DNA of 23,215 nucleotides. It comes from Octopus sinensis. Lineage: Eukaryota. The stretch's first letter is position 1. Every line of letters begins with the position of its first letter. Below are positions 1 to 10,679 of this stretch, piece by piece. The notes below the pieces were generated by a model, which saw only the letters and a list, made by a program, of their open reading frames with translations, did not search any database and was not told where the DNA came from. Location: NCBI RefSeq assembly GCF_006345805.1, contig NW_021836506.1, positions 1-23,215 on the forward strand, in the 5' to 3' direction. A program made the position numbers and the translations under genes.

Positions 1-4
1 GTCA

Positions 5-67
5 AGATAAAACTCTGAGTTTCAGATGCCGAAGTGGAAATCCACAACACCATCTCTTCGGTTGTCT
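5..67 (-). ncRNA. Minimal type-I hammerhead-ribozyme-like motif (variant core)
   Basis: Minus strand reads AGACAA-CCGAAGA-GATG..(22 nt)..CATC-T-GAAA-CTC-A-GAG-TT-TTATCT. Stem I AGACAA/TTATCT (5/6), stem II GATG/CATC, near-palindromic stem III, core has U4C. A (TA)n tract is adjacent. Confidence 0.5.
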
Positions 68-100
68 GGCTATATGTATATATATATATATATGCATATA

Positions 101-269
101 GAGCAGGCTTCCACACAGTTTCCGTCTACCAAATTCAGTCACAGAGCACTAGTCAGGCCAGTGCTATTGTAGAAGATACATGCCCAAGGTGCCATGCAGC
201 GGTACTGAAGTCCCCGCCTTGTGTAGTTGCAAAGCGAGCCTTTTAACTTCACGGCCATTCCTGCGCCTA
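101..269 (-). mobile_element. tRNA-derived SINE family 1, 5' half, degenerate
   Basis: Reverse complement aligns to 20362-20525 (aggcgcagg..., ccttgggca, tttggtagacggaaactg). Confidence 0.8.
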
Positions 270-656
270 TGGACAGGTTGTATACATAAGTTTAACCCTA
301 AAGGACCAGGAAAAGGTTGCCAGAACGTGTGTGCCAAACAGGGGTAAAAAAACAAAAAAATCTCTTTTTCTTAAGAGTGATTTTCAGTTTAGATGAGTTC
401 AAAAACTATAATAACTGTGAGTCTCTCGCACAATAAAATTTGCAATCTCATTATCGAAAAGAGCCGTAAAATATTCTCTTTCTTTTGATGATGGCCGTCT
501 CCATATAAAATGCTTGAAACATTAATTGATGATGTCTACTGTTTGAAGGTTAATGTAGTTGTTTACAAAGAGGTGCAAAACACTTGTGGAAATTAGTGTT
601 TATGAAGATATTGGCGAAGATGGCTTTGATGTTTACATTTTGTATTCTACTATATG

Positions 657-770
657 TGCAGATGTAGTTGTGTGTAGGAAGATTGTTTCCCAACTGCACG
701 GTTCCTTGTTCTGTTCCTCCGTGTGGCAGCACCTTGGACAAGTGTCTTCCCCTATAGCCTCAGGCCGACT
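657..770 (+). mobile_element. SINE family 1, degenerate 5' part
   Basis: cagcaccttggacaagtgtcttcccctatagcctcaggccgac matches ggcaccttgggcaaatgtcttttactatagcctc in the 20362 copy. Confidence 0.7.
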
Positions 771-789
771 CATTTCCTCCCTCTGCCTG

Positions 790-1172
790 TGAAATCCCTG
801 CCGTAAGGTTTCATTTCTACATACGCCAGCTTAATTTAATTCGTCCTTAGTCGAAAGACACCTGTTGTTATGTCCCGTTATTATTTTTATTGTATTTGTA
901 TAACATTGTCCGTTTTTTGCGTCCTTGTTTTGTATACATTCGCTGTTTTCTTCCAAGGAATGTAATGCTCTTAGCTTAGTTTTTCCTTGGGACTGGCCAG
1001 ATTGGAGCAATCTTGAGCATAACCTGCCGAAATTGCAAAGATAATCTGGAACTTGACCGAGGAAAGAAAACTCCGAATGACACGTCCTTCTTTTCTTTGT
1101 ATCGTTTATCTGGATGTTTTGTTGTCCCTTTCTTGTATCACTTAACTGCCCGGATGTTTTGCGTTCTTGTGG

Positions 1173-1214
<42 letters not shown>

Positions 1215-1240
1215 ATATATATATATCTATATATATATAT
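790..1240 (+). mobile_element. Pyrimidine-rich short element ending in (TA)n, inserted between two halves of a SINE; possibly related to Penelope terminal repeats
   Basis: Same architecture as 13262-13530 (T-rich body, TA tail). Only a weak hammerhead-like remnant at about 1053-1090 (ttgaccga-gga..tcc-gaat-gacacgtc). Confidence 0.4.
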
Positions 1241-1249
1241 AAATACTCG

Positions 1250-1455
1250 GTGCGTGTGTCTGGGTCCCGCTCCCGTACCACCACTTGACAACCGTTATTG
1301 GTTTTTGTTTACGTGTCTGTAACTTATCGATTCGGGGGGAAAGAGACATACCAGAATAAATACCACACGTAAACAAAAAATAAAAAAAAAAAGAAATACT
1401 TGGGCATACATGTTCGACTTAAACCCCTTCAAGGCGGTGCTCCAGCATGACCGGA
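1250..1455 (+). mobile_element. SINE family 1, degenerate 3' part
   Basis: cttgacaaccg...tgtttacgt...aaggcggtgctccagcatg matches 20660-20800. Confidence 0.7.
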
Positions 1456-1901
1456 ATAACCGATAATGGATGATATTTAAAGCTGTACACAATTTAATAT
1501 GGCTGGCTTGTAGTAAAGAGATGCTGAACACTTTTGTGAATCAGTGTTTAGAAGGATTTGGGCGATGCTGGCTTCTCCGTTTCCTTCTTTGTATTGTAGC
1601 AAGCGAATAGCAATATCCTGGAATATATATTCAATCAGATTGCCTCACAACTGAAACCGAGATAGCAGTGGAAGTCTGATAAATCCAATTAGAAATTATG
1701 GAAGTCCTTTCTTAATTTGCAAATGGCAAGAAAATGAGATTAGTAGTTTTACTACGAAGAGAGAGAGGGGAGGGAAAGAGAGATGGAAAAAGAGGGGAGA
1801 GAGAGAGAGAGAGGAACCTGTGCGCTAAACAGAGTACAGCTGTGTCAGCAGTGAATACTCATACAAACTAAGGAGGAGTTGAGAAAGAGGTTTTTTCTAC
1901 T

Positions 1902-1902
<1 letters not shown>

Positions 1903-1958
<56 letters not shown>

Positions 1959-2048
1959 TTGCTGCTGCTGCTACTGCCATCACTACTGCTGCTGCTGCTG
2001 TTGCTGCTACAGTTGCTACTACAACTACTACTACTCCAACAACTGCTG

Positions 2049-2084
<36 letters not shown>

Positions 2085-2316
2085 TCACTGCTGCTACTGT
2101 TGCTAATACTACCACTACAACTACTACTCTTACAACTGCTGCTATTGCTACTACTACTACTACTATCACTACTATTACTGCTGCTCTTGTTACTACTACT
2201 ACTACTACTACTACTACTATTACTTCTACTGCTGCTGCTGCTACAACTACTGCTGCAACTGTTACTATTACTACCATGACCACTGCTATTGCTGTTACTA
2301 CTACTACTACCACTAC
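1903..2316. repeat. Compound (TAC)n/(TGC)n trinucleotide microsatellite
   Basis: Directly visible; source of the poly-S/Y/L/V ORFs. Confidence 0.95.
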
Positions 2317-2744
2317 TTTTTATTCCTCTCTTCTTTATTCTTATTCGCTTCTTCTTCTCCCCCCCTCCTCCTCCCTCTCCTTCCCAATCTCCGATAAACA
2401 AGTAAAAAGCTCATCGTTAAAAACCCTTCTTAGTAATCCTATGACTGCTTCACAAAAATTCCACATTCACCAAGAAGCTAAATCACTCTTTAAAAAATAT
2501 ACAAATAGTAGTTTCTACTTTTTTTCTACCTGTTCATGCACCACAATATTTTGAAATAAGGAATAATGCGATATTGTAACGTTCATGTCTTTTCCGAGAG
2601 CGTTTACATAGTTAGTGACACCCCCATTCCCCCACAATATTCAAGATTATCGAACTCAAGTAGTCTTCTACAGTAACTTACTTTCATACTCGTCAACGGT
2701 CGGTACATTTACACTTAAAAAATATTGCATCGTGTCTTGCATTT

Positions 2745-3020
2745 CAAGGGTCATCAACCACCGGACACCGGACCAATACCGGGTCGTAGATCATTTGGGA
2801 CCGGGCCGCACAGAGTGAACATATTTAAAATTTCCATTTCTATTTTATTGACTACCGCAGTCTGTATCTCTTTCTGTTTTTTGTTTGTTTGATTTTTTTG
2901 TTTGTTTTTTCATGCATCGATACTTTTCTTACTGTTATGTGTGTGATCCCCCAGTCTGTCGAAAAAAACTGGAATAATTGTCTTGTAGGAAACCGATGGT
3001 GGCGCAAAAAAGGCCGATGT
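2745..3020 (+). mobile_element. Degenerate non-autonomous hAT (Charlie3/MER1-like) element
   Basis: Left end caagggtcatcaaccaccggacaccggaccaataccgggtcgtagatcatttgggaccgggccgcacag and right end aattgtcttgtaggaaaccgatggtggcgcaaaaaagg resemble MER1/Charlie3 termini as I recall them. No clean TSD. Confidence 0.55.
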
Positions 3021-3069
3021 TGTATTCAATAAACTGGTGCTGTCGTCATTTTCCAGAAGAATCGATGCC

Positions 3070-3457
3070 AGTACTGGACAAATGTCTTATTTATCGATCT
3101 CGAAAAACAAAATAAATAAAATTCATATTGACTCGAATTCGGAATACAGGGAGCCGGAACAAATACCTATTTCTTTACTACCCACAAGGGGCTAAACACA
3201 GATAGGACAAACAAGGACAGACAAACGGATTAAGTCGATTACATCGACCCCAGTGCGTAACTGGTACTTAATTTATCGACCCCGAAAGGATGAAAGGCAA
3301 ACTCGGCCCCGGCGGAATTTGAACTCAGACAAAATACCGCTAAGCATCCCGCCCGGCGTGCTAACGATTCTGCCAGCTCGCTGCCTTGACAAATACCTTG
3401 AAGCCGGAACAAATACCTTGAAGCATTCGACCCGTTGCTCTACCGACTCAGCCAGTC
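3070..3457 (-). mobile_element. Old family-2-related SINE interrupted by a younger SINE
   Basis: Flanks tttatcgatctcg...gagccggaacaaatacct and tgaagcatt...gctctaccgactcagccag are a decayed version of the family-2 sequence. Confidence 0.55.
3169..3386 (-). mobile_element. SINE family 2 (tRNA-like head, Meta-domain-like core), young copy with 10-bp TSD
   Basis: Reverse complement closely matches 16082-16304 and 17686-17911 (tttgcctttcatcctttcggggtcgataaattaagtaccag). ACAAATACCT flanks it at 3159-3168 and 3389-3398. Confidence 0.9.
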
Positions 3458-3806
3458 TGTCATCTTGATAGGAATGCAGTCACAGAGTGTTATGTTCAAA
3501 TCGATGCTAGCCTTAAATGAATCTATTATATTTTCCCTTTTATTTGTGTCTGTCACTGGACAGTGGCTAGGCTGGGGCCCAGCCTTGAAGGGTTTAGTCG
3601 AATAAAGTGACTCGGTATTCATCTTTTAAAAGTCTGGTTCTTCCTGGGGGACTCCTTTCGTTTGTCTCTGTTGCCAAGGGGTGCGAGAGAACGTCGAAGT
3701 TATTGGCAGCTTCTCTTAACTCGGTAACCTGATCCAGAACAGCACTAGCTGTGAGTCTGACGTCTTAAAATTACTTGGACGTACTGGTGTAGTTGTTGAT
3801 TCATTG

Positions 3807-4983
3807 GACTTTTCTCAAGTTCCAAATGTGAATTTGTCTGTGTTAACAACATCCCAAAGATGGAGCCTTGCATCTTTGTTGGAAACCGGCTCCCTCCTCA
3901 GTGGAAGATTTATAATAATTAAAAAATAGAAGTGACATACATGGACCCTTGGAAGCACTCCGTCGGTTACGACGATGAGGGTTCCGGTTGATCCGAATCA
4001 ACGGAAAGCCTGCTCGTGAAATTAACGTGTAATGGCTGAGCACTCCACAACACGTGTACCCTTAACGTAGTTCTCGGGGATATTCAGCGTGACACAGAAG
4101 TGACAAGGCCGGCCCTTTGAAATACAGGTACAACAGAAACAGGAAGTAAGAGTGAGAAAAGTTTGTGGTGAAAGAGTACAGCGGGGATCACCACCATCCC
4201 TGCCGGAGCCTCGTGGAGCTTTAGGTGTTTTCGCTCTCTCCTCAGTGGAATATTATAATAATTTTAAAAATAGAAGTGACATACATACATACATACATAC
4301 ATACATACATACATCATACATACATACATCCATGCATGCATGCATACATACATACATACATACATACATACATACATACATCCTACATACATACTAATAC
4401 ATGCATACATACATACATACATACATACATACATACATACATACATACTTACAACATACATACATACATACATACATACTGGAAACTATGATTTTCAGAA
4501 AGAGAAATCGACCGGCTGATTCGTAAATTACAAGTGCAATCTGTAAGTGGAACAGTAAATGTATGCAAGACTTTTCTCAAGTTCCAAATGTGAATTTGTC
4601 TGTGTTAACTACATTCCAAAGATGGAGCCTTGTATATTTGTTGGGAACCGGCTCCCTCCTCAGTGGAATATCTATAATTAAAAAACAGAAGTGACATACA
4701 TACATACATACATACATACATACATACATACATACATACATACATACATACATACATGCATACTGGATAAACTAGGATTTTCAGAAAGAGCAATTGACCG
4801 GCTGATTCGTACATTACAAGTGCAATCTGTAAGTAGAACAGTAAATGTATGCAAGACTTTTCTCAAATTCCAAATGTGAATTTGTCTGTGTTAACTAAAT
4901 CCCCTTATACCTTTGTTGGAAACCGACTCCCTCCTCAGTGGAAGATTTATAATAATTAAAAAAATAGAAGTGACACACATACG
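3807..4983 (+). mobile_element. Stack of four 5'-truncated 3' ends of a non-LTR retrotransposon, each ending in an ACAT-type tail
   Basis: Units start at 3807, 4238, 4478 and 4762 and share ...ctcctcagtgga...agaagtgaca. The last encodes LDKLGFSERAIDRLIRTLQVQSVSRTVNVCKTFLKFQM* (stop 4877-4879), resembling the C-terminus of restriction-like-endonuclease (R4/Dong-type) ORFs. Confidence 0.7.
3943..4236 (-). mobile_element. 5'-truncated SINE sharing its central segment with 16884-17277
   Basis: Reverse complement of 4127-4236 aligns with 16974-17078 (gagcgaaa.cacctaaagctccacgaggctccggca...tgtactctttc...cttcctgtttct..tgtacc). Confidence 0.8.
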
Positions 4984-5250
4984 TGTACGCAAATATACAC
5001 ATAAATGTTATTCTTTTTTATTTTCGGTTATAATAAAAAAACAAATTCATATTAATATGATGGGTTACCCTATAATTTTGTATTATTCTTATATAAGAAT
5101 GTTGATTGGGACTTTGAAGTTTCGGCAGTCCGACAATGGCCTTAGCTGGCCGAAATTTCGAAGTCACAGTAAACAACATTCTTGTGTAATCATACATGCA
5201 TGTGTGTGTGTGCATGTGTATGTTTGTGTGTTTGTGTGTGTGTGTAAAAT

Positions 5251-5327
5251 GACGGGCGTCTTCTAAATTCCTTCCACCAAATCCATTCTCGAGGCTCTGG
5301 TCAATCCGGGGCCATAGTAGAAGACAG
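5251..5327 (-). mobile_element. SINE family 1 fragment, degenerate
   Basis: gacgggc...ccaaatcca...ggtcaatccggggccatagtagaagaca matches 20158-20232. Confidence 0.6.
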
Positions 5328-5552
5328 ATGTTTGTAGAACAACCCGTAATAAGAGTAAATGGTAATTTCCAGGAATCCAACAGATTCTAAAGGGAAGTGT
5401 AGACGTCTTCAGATAATTTAAGACACATTCCAAGTAAATTTAATATAGTCGTAAAATTAGTGCTGCGATAATTCGAGCCGATTTCTTATTTCTTGTCATT
5501 TCCGAAGAAAATATACGTCGTAATATATTAACTAAGGCATTAGTTGTAAGAC

Positions 5553-5768
5553 ATGTGTGTGTGTGTGCGTATGTGTGTGTGTGTGTGTGTGTGTGCGTGT
5601 GTGTGTGTGTGCGTGTGTGCGTGGGGGATGGCGAGTGATTATTTCTATAATCGAAAGTCGGTGTATGCAATTGTGAAGAGAAGAAGAAATACACAATAAA
5701 GACGTACACATAAAACATACATGAATGTATACATACGTGTGTATATGTGTGTGTATATATATGTATGT

Positions 5769-5857
<89 letters not shown>

Positions 5858-6291
5858 TTATATGTATATATATATATCCGTCTTTTGAAGTAAGTGAAGA
5901 CCGAATAAGACTAAGGTGTAGATTATATATTATATATATATATATAATGTATGTATATATATATATGTATGTATGTATGTATGTACGTTTGTAAGTATGT
6001 ATGTATACATGTATGAATGTATATATATATATGTATATATGAGTATTTATATGTATATATGCGTATATATATATATATATATATATATACACTTACAAAT
6101 ATACATATATGTGTGTGTGTGTGTGTGTGTGTTATGTATGTATGTATGTATGTATGTATGTATGTGTGTGTGTATGTATTTATTTATTTATTTATGCATA
6201 GCGAAAATTATTGAAAGCGAATTAAAGGGGAAGAAAGGGAAGGGAAAATGGCGGCTTTAGTTATAGAAATGGGGAAAGTACGTGTGTGTGT

Positions 6292-6328
<37 letters not shown>

Positions 6329-6414
6329 GTGCATGAATATTGTGCATTGAGTTTGGGTGATACTTTAAGATATTTAGGAAGAGAGAGGGAGAGATGAAGG
6401 ATGAGATATATGGG

Positions 6415-6452
<38 letters not shown>

Positions 6453-6480
6453 GAAGAAAGAAGGAAAGAAAGAGAGTGAG
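5553..6480. repeat. (GT)n, (TA)n, (ATGT)n, (AAAG)n microsatellite cluster
   Basis: Directly visible. Confidence 0.9.
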
Positions 6481-6626
6481 CGAGAAAGACAGACAAAGAA
6501 GGAGAGAATGGAAAGAATAAACGAATGAACGTAAAGAAGGGATCTGAATAATAAATAGAAGGAATCTGATAAATAGATTGAAAGCAACGAGAAAAAGATG
6601 ATAGAAGAAGAAAAGGAGAATAAGTC

Positions 6627-6904
6627 ATGGTCGTCGTCGTCGTGGTGGTGGTGGTGGTGGTGGTTGTAGCATTCGTTGTAATGGTGGTACTTGTAGCAGT
6701 AGTAGTGGTGGTGAAGTTCGGAGTTCTGTAACTGACGGTGGTGCTGTTTCATAATGGTAGTTGTGGTGTAGATAGCTGCTGGTCATAATAATAGCGGTAG
6801 TAGTGGTGATAATGGTGGTGGTTGTGGTGGTAATGGTGGTGGTATTGGTGGTGGCGGTGGTGGTGGTGGTGATGGTGGTGGTGGTGGCGGCGGCGTTGTT
6901 ATTG

Positions 6905-6936
<32 letters not shown>

Positions 6937-6966
6937 GGTGGTGGTGGTGGTGGTGGTGGTGGTGGC
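6627..6966. repeat. (GGT)n/(GTT)n compound microsatellite
   Basis: Directly visible. Confidence 0.9.
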
Positions 6967-7017
6967 ATTGGTGATGCCGGTGCGGTATGCCAGAGGAATC
7001 GGTAAAAAATGACAGTA

Positions 7018-7186
7018 AGTATGTATATATATATACACATACATACTACTCACACAGACCCCCCCACCACACACACAGATACATATATCTAAGAAACACA
7101 CATAAATATATATATTCATGTATGCATGTATATATATAAATATATGTGTGTGTGCGCGCACGAATGTATGTAAATATATGTGCATA

Positions 7187-7224
<38 letters not shown>

Positions 7225-7254
7225 TGTGTGTGAGTGTATGTGCAAATGCATATA

Positions 7255-7290
<36 letters not shown>

Positions 7291-7890
7291 TGTATGTATG
7301 TATGTGTGTATGTATGTATGTATATATGTATGTACGTACGTATGTATGTGTGTATGTATGTATGTTTGTATGTATGTACGTACGTATGTATGTGTGTATG
7401 TATACATGTATGTACGTACGTATGTATGTTTGTATGTATGTATGTATGTATGTATGTATGTATGTATGTATGTATGTATGTTGTATGTATGTATGCATGT
7501 ACGTACGTATGTAAGTATGTATGTATGTATGTGTGTATGTATGTATGTATGTATGTATGTATATATGTATGTACGTATGTACATATGTATGTACGTACGT
7601 ATGTAAGTATGTATGTACGTACGTATGTAAGTATGTATGTATGTATGTATGTATGTATGTATGTATGTATGTATGTATGCATGTATGTATGTTTGTATGT
7701 ATGTATATCGACATGAAGAAAGTAATGATTATACGCTTATTACTAAATAGAATCTCACTGACGTAAGCGGCGTTAATTTGGTATTGAAACCAGAAAAGGA
7801 ATTACCGTTGCAAATTCAATTATTGCAACATCTACGTCATTAACTTCACTCAGAAACACCCACAATAATATACATACATACATACATACA

Positions 7891-7926
<36 letters not shown>

Positions 7927-7975
7927 TACAGACACATATATTTATACGAAAGTATATTTATGCTTACGTATAAGC

Positions 7976-8011
<36 letters not shown>

Positions 8012-8381
8012 ATGTGTATGTATATGGATATCCTATATATGTATATATATATATATATATATATGCATATATATATATATATATGTATGTATGTATATAT
8101 ATTGTTAATTGTTAACAAGGGAGAAATACACTCATCTATTTATGTATATATATAAACATATACACACACATATATATATATATACATACATACATATATG
8201 TATATATGTGTGTATACATATATATATATGTATGTATATATAATAAATATATGTGTGTGTGTGTGCATATTTATATATGTATATGTGCATATATATATAT
8301 AATATGGTATGTGTATGTATATAATTATATATATACATATATATATACACACATATACATGTATATATATGTATATGTATA

Positions 8382-8417
<36 letters not shown>

Positions 8418-8475
8418 TGCACATACATATACATGTATATATATATATTATATATATATATTAATATATATTATA

Positions 8476-8514
<39 letters not shown>

Positions 8515-8637
8515 TCATATATTGCGGCTGTCCATTAGCTAACGTCAGAAGTTTAACACTATGCTGCATGTACTTATGTCCATTTTGTCGTCATCCGCTC
8601 TCTTTATCGCATGCTCTCTCTCTCACTTTCCCTATAT

Positions 8638-8670
<33 letters not shown>

Positions 8671-8692
8671 CGCACATATCTGTAAACCATTA

Positions 8693-8732
<40 letters not shown>

Positions 8733-8830
8733 ATATATATATATATATACACATACACACACACACACATATATATATATATAGGTACGTAGGTATGTAT
8801 GTATGTACCTGTGTATGCGTGTGTAGGTCC
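7018..8830. repeat. (ATGT)n/(TA)n/(ACAT)n microsatellite field with short unique islands
   Basis: Directly visible; islands at about 7710-7865 and 8520-8610. Confidence 0.9.
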
Positions 8831-8865
8831 ATGCCCAAGTGTATTTACTGCGTGTGTGGATATAG

Positions 8866-8996
8866 ATATGTGTGTATTTCCGTTTATATTTATGTTCCGT
8901 TTCCGCATTCTCCCACTTCCTTTTCTTTCTTTGCCATTCTCCCCCGCCCCTTCTCCTTGTCTCTCTTCTCTCTCTTGTACATATATTCAGGTAAGT
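8866..8996 (+). promoter_or_regulatory. Juxtaposed 3' and 5' splice-site motif (candidate recursive splice site)
   Basis: 123-nt AG-free stretch with a long polypyrimidine tract, ending TTCAG and immediately followed by GTAAGT. Confidence 0.5.
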
Positions 8997-9386
8997 GTGT
9001 ATGTGTGTGTATGTGTGTATGTGCCCTCGTGTGTGTGTGTGTGTGCATGGAGGCTATGCATGCTTGTACATGTGTAGATGTATGTGTATTATTTACTTTT
9101 AGTTCGGATTCTGTGTGTCAATTGCATTCGCACGAGCATGAATTTCATATATATATAATATATATATATATATATTATTATATATATATAATATATATTA
9201 TATATATTATGTGTGTGTGTGTGTGTGTGTGTGTGGGTGTGTGTGTGTATGTACGTGTGTATGTGTGCATGTGTGTGAGTGAGTGTGTGAGCGTGTGTGT
9301 GTGTGCGTGTGTGTGTATGCGTTTGTGTAGTATATGTATCTTTCTCCCTTGGCCTAATGTGTGTGTGTGTGCACGTGCGTGTGTGC

Positions 9387-9418
<32 letters not shown>

Positions 9419-9761
9419 CTGTCTGTTTTTTTGTTGTTTTTTTGGGGGGGGTGTCTGTCTCTGTGTGTGCATGTGTGTGAGTGAGTGTGTGGGTGTGTGT
9501 GTGTGTGTTTGTGTGTGTATGTGTATGTGTTTGTGTAGCATACGTATCTTTCTCACTTGGCCTAATTGCGTGTGTGTGCGTGCATGTGTACGTATGTGAG
9601 TGAGTGTTTGTGTGTTTGTGTGTGTATGTGTAGCATAGTACCTTTCTCAGTTGGCCTATTTCCCAGCAATCTTCATCTAATATTGATACATAACTTCAGT
9701 TGGATACGTCGCACTAATATCCAGAGAATATACCATAATATGTCATACATAGAGCGTGCAT

Positions 9762-9795
<34 letters not shown>

Positions 9796-9820
9796 TTAGA
9801 CGCACACGCACATACATACA
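8997..9820. repeat. (GT)n-rich field with three embedded copies of a 35-40 bp motif
   Basis: gtgtag(c/t)ata..gta.ctttctc..ttggccta at about 9321, 9529 and 9628. Confidence 0.85.
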
Positions 9821-10129
9821 CGTACTTATATTTACGAGAGGAAACGAAAATGCGCAAAGTCAACAGTGTAGAATTTATTAGAATACAGCTGCCTCAGAAT
9901 TTCTGTTAACAGACGTTCCATTGATCAGGATATATTTGAAGAACGAATGTTGTGCAGCTGTAACGAAACAATTAGGGCTGATTCCAATTCATCTTGGCGA
10001 ATCTTATATTCGAATAATCTCAAAATCTTGATATGGTGTTAGGGGAATCAACCTGACAAGACTTGTTGTCATTTCGAATGAGTTACTACCCCAAGACACT
10101 TATTGAATTTGCTAGCCGCAGCTTGAATA

Positions 10130-10593
10130 GGTTGCCAGTAGATATTCAAGCTTTGAAAGCGACGACTAGAAATTATCTCGAGTCTCCAGTCAAACGATAT
10201 TACTGATTGTTTCAATATCCAGAACTTTTCAGCTAAACACAGACTACAGTTTTGTGATCCACTGAAACATGATTTGGCTTTGCTGAGGATATGCCTGAAA
10301 CAAGAGTTTAAGTCCAGTCTTCTATGACGCACCAATCAGCCCTGTTTGTTTCTTGGCCATGAGCGTTTACTCTGAAACGTTCAATTCTCGAGTCTCCAGT
10401 CAAATGATATTACTGATTGTTTCAATATCCAGAACTTTTCAGCTAAACATAGACTACAGTTGTGTGATCCACTGAAACATGATTTGGCTTTGTTGAGGAT
10501 ATGCCTGAAACAAGGGTTTAAGTCCAGTCTTCTATGACGCACCATTCAGCCCTGTTTGTTTCTTGGCCATGAGCGTTTACTCTGAAACGTTCA
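10130..10593 (-). pseudogene. Penelope-like element endonuclease C-terminal remnant with a 210-bp tandem duplication
   Basis: HILSKAKSCFSGSQNCSLCLAEKFWILK..DWRLEIISSRR fits the CxLCLxEK..IL..R.EI.S pattern of invertebrate PLE C-termini. Units 10176-10385 and 10386-10593. Confidence 0.65.
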
Positions 10594-10679
10594 GTTCAAG
10601 GGTAAATCATTCGGCTATTCTCCATCGATGCTATATTGTTTTATTCTCGTATTTCTGTTGTTTTCATTAGTGAGATATT

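Noticed and set aside
270-520. Coding-like sequence
   Set aside because: Stops in the frames I read and no recognisable motif.
1868-2401. Poly-Ser/Tyr/Leu/Val ORFs
   Set aside because: Open frames caused by a trinucleotide microsatellite; no domain or splice evidence.
5625-5662. GATTAT/ATAATC stem followed by GAAA (hammerhead-like)
   Set aside because: No recognisable CUGANGA core and no stem I or III.
6965-7020. Possible exon ending at ACA|GTAAGT
   Set aside because: No convincing acceptor or meaningful reading frame; the donor overlaps the start of an ATGT repeat.
5532-9799. Many YI/HT/CV/MYVC ORFs, including 319 aa at 6625-7584
   Set aside because: Translations of di- and tetranucleotide repeats.
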